A stretch of DNA of 64,000 bases from an uncultured Methanosarcinales archaeon (GCA_964645705.1 CAZYAB010000002.1:88155-152154); one strand, 5' to 3'; shown: positions 11,001-18,836, counted from the first letter of the stretch. Translations and numbers: made by a program. Notes: a model not told the origin generated them from the sequence alone.

Positions 11001-11116
11001 AGTGTACTGATCAATTAAAATCACTTGATATTTTTGGTATAACTGACAATCCACTTAATGCTAAATCAAAAACAATAGTTGATTTACTAGATAAGAGTGG
11101 TGTTAATATAATTTAA
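8066..11116 (+). CDS. Pup ligase/deamidase family (PafA/Dop-like) paralog 1 (Dop-like by gene order). It has a K-rich linker and a C-terminal duplicated module containing leucine-rich repeats
   Basis: 'MAIKRTIGSETEYG', 'GCHENYLM', 'FFVTRQIFTGSGKIG', 'LKVGTTSLVLDLIED', 'RDEITDDILARWEYVLD'. LRRs: 'LRHLDLEGNEITEVSYVADLEELTYIDLQGNPI', 'LLRLHIGYNKISDIE'. Confidence 0.85.
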   Translation: MAIKRTIGSETEYGILGTAKTVSQYTLADRVVDAYIRGQNHFNSGDTNESVIEDMTDDGHVGGDYGAGRSISVGASGAYPASSGWGRNYDYGYQGTHVAYRTTYVAPATTCASHDVSKMIENGSRFYVDMGHPELSTPECAGAVEFVIYDKAGEVIVNQAAKKASNPRNKITIFKNNSDGKGKSFGCHENYLMQRMTQQEFANKLAPILIPFFVTRQIFTGSGKIGVEKPSGQGGIEHYRRDILKDFEILRTHFIGLEDEYSIVRNNIHDLFKLYDKRVGSQQEIFQLSQRADFMECRIGLQTTYDRPLVNTRDEPHADKEKYMRLHVIVGDANMSEIADYLKVGTTSLVLDLIEDNLFQPFQLMDPVTAIKSISRDQSMKWITSLKNGKTVSAIDIQRWYLAAAKNNYAGRDEITDDILARWEYVLDTLEKDPMELSGWVDWVLKKAMIQDYMVKNQVPINDPAVKNLALQFHDVDRETSLFYLMQRKGFSERLISDEQILNAVNNPPENTRAYFRGMWLKKYDIDRADWGELELTVNGTKVDINIDDPFKGTKKDYETLFEKCANAEEAVEELKKEEYDVTVDEKTQSWVSRGIGFVKNKITGKGKKKAKSKKKSTKKTAKVKSAKELATDLQTKSVKQRQLEILDNRTSPGRQIGQTSRQLSFNDVDELSDKVMEQAENDYVRFHDNELVRSEYEALRDIALQYYNKPVEEIFWNIGYEEYGSYIRIEGRHVVQLNLRYQNLVEIPEQITSFNKLRHLDLEGNEITEVSYVADLEELTYIDLQGNPIDVYKSADVLNELHKREVRIRPPKLVDELCDLNLEDSVSADGKEVYEFNGELFVITDEKEQPQPSELDETQDDISDVVEAVICGGAVGNGNVGVIDVGGDTVYFHDRELVREEYEALEDLAQQYFDKSADEYFSTDLRILDPNCFVDITNSHVACIMLCDTGLEEIPEQISKLSKLLRLHIGYNKISDIECTDQLKSLDIFGITDNPLNAKSKTIVDLLDKSGVNII

Positions 11117-11137
11117 AACACATGGAGGTATAAAAAA

Positions 11138-11308
11138 ATGGCAGAACAAAAATTCAAAAAGTTCAGACCACTGAACGAAGTAAAAGCAGACCAAAAACCA
11201 AAGTATGAGGTTAAAGCGCCAAACTTCGATGGTGTAATGGATGAAATGGATTATCTGATTAACAAAGATAATCTAGAAAAGAATTACAAGCAAACAAGCG
11301 CAGAGTAG
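11138..11308 (+). CDS. Pup-like small protein modifier candidate (56 aa, MAEQKFKKFRPLNEVKADQKPKYEVKAPNFDGVMDEMDYLINKDNLEKNYKQTSAE)
   Basis: GGAGG 9 nt upstream. It sits where pup lies in the actinobacterial arc-dop-pup order. The C-terminal half ('DGVMDEMDYLINKDN') resembles the Pup 'DDLLDEIDDVLEEN' Mpa-binding helix, and the terminal residue is Glu. Not in the ORF track (<60 aa). Confidence 0.45.
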   Translation: MAEQKFKKFRPLNEVKADQKPKYEVKAPNFDGVMDEMDYLINKDNLEKNYKQTSAE

Positions 11309-11321
11309 TTCGGTAAAAAAA

Positions 11322-11342
11322 TGTTTTTTTTATTTTTTTTTA
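11322..11342 (+). terminator. oligo-T tract (TTTTTTTTATTTTTTTTT) immediately after the Pup-like ORF. Candidate archaeal intrinsic terminator or attenuator
   Basis: A 19-nt T-run interrupted by a single A, 14 nt after the stop codon. Confidence 0.3.
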
Positions 11343-11372
11343 AGTAAAAGAGGTTTTGTTAGACAAGAGGCT

Positions 11373-13472
11373 ATGAAAATGCCAAGACTAGAGAAAAGAA
11401 TAATAGGACTTGAAACAAAGTATGGATTCATGCGGAGAGAATCAGATAGTCGCGACTCTGATGACATTAATCTTTTGTTAAAAAGGATTGCAGAAAATGC
11501 ACAATCAATATATGGCAGAGAATTCATAGAAAATGGCGGAAGAATAGTATCTGGTGATTATTATATCAAATACTGTACACCTGAAACATCTAACCCTGTT
11601 GACTTGGTAATATATGATAAAGCAGGAGAAGAAATTATTAGTCAAAACAGTGATGGTATGAGGTTTGTAAAAGATAAAACAGGAGGAACTCAAAGTGCTT
11701 TTTCCTGCCATGAGAATTATTTAATAAGAAAAGTAAGAACAGATAGAGAAGGTTTTATGCATGATCTGGGAAAATACCTTTTAGGATTTTTAATAACAAG
11801 ACAGATATTTTCAGGACCAGGAGACATTTATGGTAGTGAATTTGTTTTGTCTCAAAACATAATGCAGGGTTTAAATGAATATGACCTTGATTCAAAACAA
11901 TATTCAATAATGAATCTTAATTATAGAAAACCACCTATTGATTCAGACAAATACAGCATGTTGCATATTACATTAAACAAAGCAAATTTATCAGAAATAG
12001 CAACATATCTCAAAGTAGGCACAACAAGCTTGGTATTGGATTTAATAGAAGATGATCTGTGTCCTTTGATAACAATAATTAACCCTTCAGAAACTGCAAA
12101 AGATATTTCAAAAGACCAAACATATCAGTGGGAAGTTTTTACAGATTATGAAGAATCAACAACTGCAATCAACATACAAAGACAATATCTAGAAGCAGCA
12201 AAACAAGCATACACAGGAAGAGACGAAATAACAGATGATATTCTTGCTAGATGGGAATATGTTTTAGATTGTCTAGAAGAAGATCCAATGCAATTAACAG
12301 GCTGGATTGACTGGATAACAAAAAGAGCATTGATTGACAATATTTTTGAAAAACAAGACCCAGAAGTAATAGATTTTACAGTACAAAAAATAGATGAAGA
12401 ACAAGAAAAAATCAAAGCCCTAGAACAAGAAATACAAGACGTGATAAATGATTTTGATAATTCACAAGATACAAATGTGTTTCAAAAACTAAGCTCAATA
12501 AAAGACATACTCGAGATTATGAAAGACGGTGTTTATAGACAAAACAGAGGATTTAAAGCAGGTTTACAAGGAATCTTAAATGAAAGATCAAAGACAGTGA
12601 AAAAGATTATATCTAATTATCCAAGGATAAAAAAAGATGAAAGCTTGTTTTATACATTACAAAACAAAGAATTAGTTGACAGATTAATAACAGATGAACA
12701 AATACAGCAAGCCATGAATGAACCACCAAAAGACACAAGAGCTTGGATCAGAGGAAACATAATAAAATCATTCATGGAAAACCCAGATGACTTGACCAAA
12801 GTAGAATGGGACTGTGTTAAGATAAATGGTAAATACTTGCCTTTTAAAAATCCATTTTCAAACCCTGTAAGGTTCAGAGAAGTTTTACCTAGACACGCGT
12901 ATTCTGAATTTGAAGATAAGATCTTAGAACAATTAGATGATTTTATTCAGATCATAAGACAGAATAATGACACAGAATTTGCAGCACACGTAAAATATGA
13001 TTTATACACTGAAATATTAAAAAATTCTGTATTTAATCATGAATTTTTAGAACAAGAACTAGACATAGACAAACCACCTGAACTTGTTGTAGGTGAAAGA
13101 ATAAAACTATATAGAAATCTTGGAACATTAAATTGCGGATCAAGTAATACTTATTTTTATGATGGAAGTGTTGAAGATATCCCATTGGGTTCAACAGGAG
13201 TAATTGAAAAAATAAGATATATATTTTCAGATCTAAAGATAAAAGTAAACTTGGACAATGGAAGATCATGGTGGCTGGATTCAAGAGAATTAATGCCATT
13301 AGCAGATGAATCAATAACAATAGATAATATTATTCATCAAACATTGTTTGGAGATATTCAAGATCTGAGAGGAACTCAAAGAGAGAGAACATATCTTGAG
13401 AGAAAAAAAGAATTAGATAATTTACTCACTAAGATTATAATAAATTACCTGGATGATATAAATGAGGCTTGA
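11373..13472 (+). CDS. PafA/Dop-like paralog 2, with a variant active-site motif (LETKYG instead of ETEYG) and a ~250-aa C-terminal extension of unknown fold
   Basis: 'RLEKRIIGLETKYG', 'SCHENYLI', 'FLITRQIFSGPGDI', 'LKVGTTSLVLDLIED', 'RDEITDDILARWEYVLD'. Confidence 0.8.
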   Translation: MKMPRLEKRIIGLETKYGFMRRESDSRDSDDINLLLKRIAENAQSIYGREFIENGGRIVSGDYYIKYCTPETSNPVDLVIYDKAGEEIISQNSDGMRFVKDKTGGTQSAFSCHENYLIRKVRTDREGFMHDLGKYLLGFLITRQIFSGPGDIYGSEFVLSQNIMQGLNEYDLDSKQYSIMNLNYRKPPIDSDKYSMLHITLNKANLSEIATYLKVGTTSLVLDLIEDDLCPLITIINPSETAKDISKDQTYQWEVFTDYEESTTAINIQRQYLEAAKQAYTGRDEITDDILARWEYVLDCLEEDPMQLTGWIDWITKRALIDNIFEKQDPEVIDFTVQKIDEEQEKIKALEQEIQDVINDFDNSQDTNVFQKLSSIKDILEIMKDGVYRQNRGFKAGLQGILNERSKTVKKIISNYPRIKKDESLFYTLQNKELVDRLITDEQIQQAMNEPPKDTRAWIRGNIIKSFMENPDDLTKVEWDCVKINGKYLPFKNPFSNPVRFREVLPRHAYSEFEDKILEQLDDFIQIIRQNNDTEFAAHVKYDLYTEILKNSVFNHEFLEQELDIDKPPELVVGERIKLYRNLGTLNCGSSNTYFYDGSVEDIPLGSTGVIEKIRYIFSDLKIKVNLDNGRSWWLDSRELMPLADESITIDNIIHQTLFGDIQDLRGTQRERTYLERKKELDNLLTKIIINYLDDINEA

Positions 13473-15084
13473 GAAAAGAATAATTGGACTTGAAACAGAG
13501 TATGGATCATTTTCACAAGATTTAGCTAGATCAAGGGATGGTGAGGATGGTCACCATGATGCACACAATAACAGACTAATAGAAACAATAAGAGAAGCAA
13601 GACCAAGAAGCGGAAACTCTTTTTTATTAAATGGTGGAAGAATGTATGAAGATTGTGGCCATATTGAATATTGTACACCAGAAACAACTAATCCTGTTGA
13701 CTTGGTTTTATATGAAAAAGCAGGAGAAAGATTGCTTAACCAGCATTCAAGAGGAGTTATGTTTATCAAGAACAATGTTGCTGCAAATAACAGTACATTT
13801 GGATGTCATGAAAATTATTTAATCAAAAGGCCTGAACATTTTATAAATGAAGTAGGAAGATATCTAATGTCATTCCTAGTAACAAGACAAATCTATGCAG
13901 GAACAGGAGATATTTATGAGAATAAATTTAGAATATCACAAAAATCAAGATTTATTACCGAAAACTATGGTAAAAATACAACCAGAGATAGACCAATAAT
14001 CAATCTAAAAGATGAATCTCATTGCGGTGGTAAAGAAAGCGAGAATTATAGATTACATCTTATATTAGGCGATTCAAATTTATCAGAAATAGCAACTTAT
14101 CTAAAAGTAGGTACAACAAGCTTAGTATTGGATTTGATTGAAGATGGAATTTGCCCTTACATTAGTTTATACAATCCTGTTTATGCTCTTCATGAGATTT
14201 CACAAGACTTGACATTTAAGATAGAAAATAAAATAAATGATTCCAGACCAATGACAGCAATCAACATACAAAGACAATATCTAAAAGCAGCAAAAAAAGC
14301 ATACACAGGAAGAGACGAGATTACTGACGATATTCTTGCTAGATGGGAATATGTTCTGGATTGTTTAGAAACAGATCCAATGAAACTTGACACATGGATT
14401 GATTGGGTTATAAAGAAAAGCTTGATTGATAAAAGTCTTGATAAGAATAGTAATTTTAGTGAAACAATTAGAAAAGAATTAGTTAATTTACAACAAAAAA
14501 TAGCATCCGCATATCAAAAAATATCAGAATCAAAAACATTATTATTACCAGATAACCAAATAATCAGAGCAGATAATTTACTTATTCAAGCAATGTCTAG
14601 TATTACGAACATAATTGATGAAGATGTTTATTCACCTATTAAAGAATTTGTAAATGGTAGAAATTTTGAAGAGTTTGATGTAAACAAGATATCAAAAAAT
14701 ATTTCATACAAATATCATAGTACTGATCCTAATAATAGTTTATTTTATTTTTTACAAAACAATGGCATGATTGACAGACTAGTATCAGATGAACAAATAA
14801 CGCATGCTGTAAATAATCCTCCTCAAGACACAAGAGCTTGGGTCAGAGCAAAAATTTTGTCAGAAATAAGAGGATTAGGAGGATCAGTAGAACAAATGGA
14901 TTGGTCAGCGATCAGTGTTTATCATCCTAATCTTAGTGGTGGAAGAGTTATGAAACCTAAATGTGCTAGATGCAGTGCAGACTGTAAAGGTTATGTTAAT
15001 TCAAATGGAAAAGAGTTTGATCTTACAGATCCTTTTGACAATAAAAAACAAGAATATGAAGAAATGGTTAGAGACATTCGTTAG
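13462..15084 (+). CDS. PafA/Dop-like paralog 3 (canonical ETEYG). Overlaps paralog 2 by 11 nt and has a short Cys-containing tail
   Basis: 'MRLEKRIIGLETEYG', 'GCHENYLI', 'FLVTRQIYAGTGDI', 'RDEITDDILARWEYVLD'. The tail is 'CARCSADCKG'. Confidence 0.8.
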   Translation: MRLEKRIIGLETEYGSFSQDLARSRDGEDGHHDAHNNRLIETIREARPRSGNSFLLNGGRMYEDCGHIEYCTPETTNPVDLVLYEKAGERLLNQHSRGVMFIKNNVAANNSTFGCHENYLIKRPEHFINEVGRYLMSFLVTRQIYAGTGDIYENKFRISQKSRFITENYGKNTTRDRPIINLKDESHCGGKESENYRLHLILGDSNLSEIATYLKVGTTSLVLDLIEDGICPYISLYNPVYALHEISQDLTFKIENKINDSRPMTAINIQRQYLKAAKKAYTGRDEITDDILARWEYVLDCLETDPMKLDTWIDWVIKKSLIDKSLDKNSNFSETIRKELVNLQQKIASAYQKISESKTLLLPDNQIIRADNLLIQAMSSITNIIDEDVYSPIKEFVNGRNFEEFDVNKISKNISYKYHSTDPNNSLFYFLQNNGMIDRLVSDEQITHAVNNPPQDTRAWVRAKILSEIRGLGGSVEQMDWSAISVYHPNLSGGRVMKPKCARCSADCKGYVNSNGKEFDLTDPFDNKKQEYEEMVRDIR

Positions 15085-15126
15085 CTAGATGTTTGTTTTT
15101 AGTATTGGTGATAGATTAAACCTAGC

Positions 15127-16599
15127 TTGGGCTATGTAAAAATGGAAAATAATAAAGACAATGAAATGACTGAAAAAGAAAAAAAAGATTTTCTTAGAGG
15201 TATGACTAAAAGGCATATTGAGCAATCATTTGAAATGATGGAATCAATGGGAATGCCATTAGATTACGCACTTGCTATTTTTGCAGATACAACTAGGTTC
15301 TTAGAAAGAGATAATTCACCTGAATTTGAAAAGTTTTTAGAATATTCAGGACAAATATTTGAAAATGAGTTTCATGTAAAATGTTCTTATCATCATGCAG
15401 AGAATGTTCCTCCTTATGAATTTAGACCTGCGTCTGTTGAATATACTAACATATTGTTTCAATTATATGAACAATATTCTAATCAAGAATATGAATCAGA
15501 ACAAGAATTAACAGATATAATGAAAAATATTCTCAGTGGAAAAAAAATATTAGAAATAGGTTGTGGTCCTGGGTTTTTTCTACCTATTTTAAAAAGACTT
15601 GGTGCACAAGCACATGGAATAGAGGTTTGTGAAGATAATAAAGACAAAGTTCCTGATGTAGATATTGTTTATACTGATGCAGAGAATTTAGAGTCAATAC
15701 TCGGCGAGGAGAAATTTGATATAATCATATCAAAAGACGTATTTTGTGGTGTTGTTTTAAAAAAAGACAAAGCATATTCTATATTAGAAAATGCTTATAA
15801 TAAATTAAAAAAAAACGGAATTATAATCAATCAGATAGATTACAAGAGAATGGAACTTTCTTTTTATTTCATGAGGCAGAAAATGATTTGTAATGATCTA
15901 AATTATGATTTTGACAGAATGCTAGATAATTGGTTTTATGAAATGAGTGAAGAAGAGCAAGAAGAAATGCTTCATGTTAATTCACCTAGTTTAACAGAGG
16001 ATGAAATAAAAAAAATAGGTTATGAAGTCATGAGAAAAGAAAATGATGAGAACTTAACAACAATAATGAAAAAACAAACAAACAAAAAACTTGACCAAAA
16101 TCTTGAAGATTTCTTGATTAAAAATTCATTTGATGAAGTTAATCACTGTTTTTTACAATTTTCATCTCACTTAGATATAGATAAAATATTAGAAGAATAT
16201 GATGAAAACGGAAAATATGATGTATATTTTGATAATATTCATGAGATCGGATCATTTGTATTTGATTGTAGAAGGAATTTGTGTGAATTTTATTTTAAAG
16301 ATGACATGAAATCTAAGATATTTTTATACCAATTTCATGAAAAAGACATGGGTTATCATCTGATTGGAATCAATATTGGAGACAAAGACAAATTAAATGA
16401 TTTTGTAAAGGATTTTGTTGACATTATCAAACCAAAGCTAAAATTAAGCTCAGAACATAATCAAGAAATAGCAAAACATTCATTTGAATTTGCAGCAAGC
16501 CAGTACAGGCTTTCTAAATGTCTTTTTAATTCATTTCCTGATGAGAGATTTAGAATACTCAGTTATTCAAACATACTTAATTGTGCTCAGGTGTATTAA
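15127..16599 (+). CDS. SAM-dependent methyltransferase (class I motif I 'ILEIGCGPGFF') with an extra C-terminal domain
   Basis: Glycine-rich motif I followed by an acidic residue ('GIEV'). Confidence 0.6.
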   Translation: MGYVKMENNKDNEMTEKEKKDFLRGMTKRHIEQSFEMMESMGMPLDYALAIFADTTRFLERDNSPEFEKFLEYSGQIFENEFHVKCSYHHAENVPPYEFRPASVEYTNILFQLYEQYSNQEYESEQELTDIMKNILSGKKILEIGCGPGFFLPILKRLGAQAHGIEVCEDNKDKVPDVDIVYTDAENLESILGEEKFDIIISKDVFCGVVLKKDKAYSILENAYNKLKKNGIIINQIDYKRMELSFYFMRQKMICNDLNYDFDRMLDNWFYEMSEEEQEEMLHVNSPSLTEDEIKKIGYEVMRKENDENLTTIMKKQTNKKLDQNLEDFLIKNSFDEVNHCFLQFSSHLDIDKILEEYDENGKYDVYFDNIHEIGSFVFDCRRNLCEFYFKDDMKSKIFLYQFHEKDMGYHLIGINIGDKDKLNDFVKDFVDIIKPKLKLSSEHNQEIAKHSFEFAASQYRLSKCLFNSFPDERFRILSYSNILNCAQVY

Positions 16600-16600
16600 A

Positions 16601-16618
16601 ATGATTAATATTAATCAT
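16601..16618. promoter_or_regulatory. 18-bp perfect palindrome ATGATTAATATTAATCAT, 62 nt upstream of the receiver gene. Third copy of a recurring intergenic motif
   Basis: Perfect dyad. Copies occur at 5073-5090 (ATCATTAATATTAATGAT) and 2258-2275 (ATCATTAATATTAATCAT), each followed by a downstream 'TATTAATA' box. Confidence 0.4.
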
Positions 16619-16679
16619 ATGGAGAATGTATTAATATCAAGATTACCATCAATAGTATATATATATAAAGTGAAAAAAA

Positions 16680-17636
16680 ATGAAAAATAAAGACAAGAAA
16701 ACAATACTAATAGTAGACGATGATGAACAAGTAAGAGAAAATCTTGTTAAAGCAGCTGAAGCTCTTGATTTAGAAGTAACTGCTGCTGGAGATGGTCCTA
16801 CTGCAAAAGCATTAGCACTGAGTTGCGATTTTGACATTGCTGTTCTTGACAAGGATTTCCCCTATATAGATAATCATGTATTTAAGAATGCTGGAAATAA
16901 GATTGCAGCAATATTAAAGGAAAAGAATCCAGATATAAAACTCGCAGGATTAACATTAGGACAAGTTTCAGAGTTTTCAGAAGAATTCTTTGACATAAAA
17001 GAAAGTAAACAAACTATAAGACAAAAAGACTACAATACTTTAATCAGGACTTTATTAAATCCTTATGAAAAAAATCTAGTTACAATAAGAAAACAATACT
17101 CTGAGGCAGAGAGGTTATTCCAAGAAAGTTTTGAAGCATATCAATGTATTTCAATACTTTGCGAAGGTTATGATGTATTTACAAAAGTATTGAATAAAGA
17201 ATCTTTAGGTAGCGATTATGCGGAAATAGAACACTTGGTATCACCAGCAGTTTCTAGAAATACCAGTCATCCAACAAATATGTTAAATCTAGAAGATATT
17301 TTTAATAAAGAAACCACAGGAGATGACATACTAAGAGAAGATGGTTCTGTAAAAACACCTTATGAATTTATTTGTGAAGAAACAGATGAATTCATAGATT
17401 ATGTTGAAGAAAATTTTTCAGAATACAATAATAGAGTAATCCTATTATTAGAAAAAATAAAAGAGTTTAGACATGATAAAAACATTAAACAATTTTTTAA
17501 AGAGGTTCAAGAAAAGGATTTTGAAAGTATCAATAAAAAAAAATTTTATCAACCATTGGTTCAAATGATTAGAGATTATCATGCAAACAGCTACGGAATA
17601 CTAAATATTGTGAAAGAGGAATTAGAACATGAATAG
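16680..17636 (+). CDS. CheY-like receiver (REC) domain protein with an uncharacterised C-terminal domain
   Basis: 'KKTILIVDDDEQVRENL...DFDIAVLD' carries the acidic pocket and phospho-acceptor Asp pattern. Confidence 0.55.
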   Translation: MKNKDKKTILIVDDDEQVRENLVKAAEALDLEVTAAGDGPTAKALALSCDFDIAVLDKDFPYIDNHVFKNAGNKIAAILKEKNPDIKLAGLTLGQVSEFSEEFFDIKESKQTIRQKDYNTLIRTLLNPYEKNLVTIRKQYSEAERLFQESFEAYQCISILCEGYDVFTKVLNKESLGSDYAEIEHLVSPAVSRNTSHPTNMLNLEDIFNKETTGDDILREDGSVKTPYEFICEETDEFIDYVEENFSEYNNRVILLLEKIKEFRHDKNIKQFFKEVQEKDFESINKKKFYQPLVQMIRDYHANSYGILNIVKEELEHE

Positions 17637-18348
17637 ACAGCATGAAATATTAATAATAGAAGATAGAGGAGAATACATAAAAGCAGCTGAAAAAGCAGCA
17701 GACCAGCTAGACATTGAAATAGTTGTATGTAGAGATTATGCTCAAGCATTAGAAGAGATTAAGATAAGACCATCAGGAATATTAACAGACATATTCTTTT
17801 TAGAAGAATTTGGCACTAATAAAAAAGACAAAGCATATGAAGTAATTGATAAGATAAAACAAGCAGTATCACACGACATAGACATAATGGGGGTTGCAAG
17901 ATATAAAGCAAGAACTGTTTATAATGCAGTCACAAAAGTTGCTGATTTATTTGGTGGAGATGTTGACTTTGTTCTTGATCAATTGCCTAATCCTGTTTTT
18001 AGCAACAGAATGAATTTAGAACAAGCACTTGTACCTGAGAAAACAAAACGTCAACGAGAATCATTAAAAGCAATTCAATCACAGCTTGATGAACAACAAC
18101 CCTTAGGAGTATTAGTAGCAGAACAAGCAAGAGAAATGGGTATACCTTATTATCTTTTATCTTCATATAATCATCATGGTGACAAACTAAAAGGAGTTAA
18201 TGCTTATCTACAAAAAGCAAGTCTAATTGTTGATGCTGTCGAATGTAATTTTGGTGATAGAGATAAACCAGAATATTGGATAGAGATATTCAACAAAATA
18301 GCAAAAGCTGTTGATGAAAAAGAGGCAATATTATACAGAAGAAGATGA
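17629..18348 (+). CDS. degenerate receiver-like domain protein ('ILIIEDRGE...ILTDIFF'). Overlaps the preceding gene by 8 nt
   Basis: REC-like spacing, but the first acidic pair is ED and the surrounding motifs are divergent. Confidence 0.4.
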   Translation: MNRQHEILIIEDRGEYIKAAEKAADQLDIEIVVCRDYAQALEEIKIRPSGILTDIFFLEEFGTNKKDKAYEVIDKIKQAVSHDIDIMGVARYKARTVYNAVTKVADLFGGDVDFVLDQLPNPVFSNRMNLEQALVPEKTKRQRESLKAIQSQLDEQQPLGVLVAEQAREMGIPYYLLSSYNHHGDKLKGVNAYLQKASLIVDAVECNFGDRDKPEYWIEIFNKIAKAVDEKEAILYRRR

Positions 18349-18378
18349 AGATAGAAAATATTATAGGAGGCGAATGAG

Positions 18379-18811
18379 TATGAAAAATGATAAACAAGAC
18401 GAACAAAGAGTTGAAGTACCAAAATCACAAATACAAAAACAAATAGAAGGAATTGTTTCAGATAATAGAACATTTGAACCAATAAGAAATTTTTTCCCAG
18501 AGCACATGTATGATAATGAACTAGGTTTACAGTTTTATCTAGGTGCAATGGAAACAAGAGACAAAACACGAGACTTTGCAGAGAGTGTTGAATTTGCATA
18601 TATTCTTAGCAAGATAGTGTCAGAATTTGACAGACAAGATAGATCACTTGATTCAATTTCAAATGTTGATGAGTTTAATCAAGCATTTGATGAAATGTAC
18701 GCAAGATCAAGAGAAGATCTGGAAAGATTATATCAAAACCCAAGTTTCAAACAAACAAAAGCAGAATTTGATCAAGTAAATTACAGCATAGAAATCAAGA
18801 TAGATGCTTGA
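18379..18811 (+). CDS. hypothetical protein
   Basis: GGAGG at 18367-18371. The start is taken at the internal Met of the track ORF 18311-18811. Confidence 0.4.
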
Positions 18812-18836
18812 TTCATTTTGTGATGAGGGGGGAAAG

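Noticed and set aside
12146-12415. Two antisense ORFs (12146-12415 and 14190-14393) sharing the peptide 'SRQSKTYSHLARISSVISSLPVYA', which looked like a conserved small gene family
   Set aside because: The similarity is fully explained by the identical sense-strand DNA tract (RDEITDDILARWEYVLD region) shared by the ligase paralogs. These are shadow ORFs, not genes.
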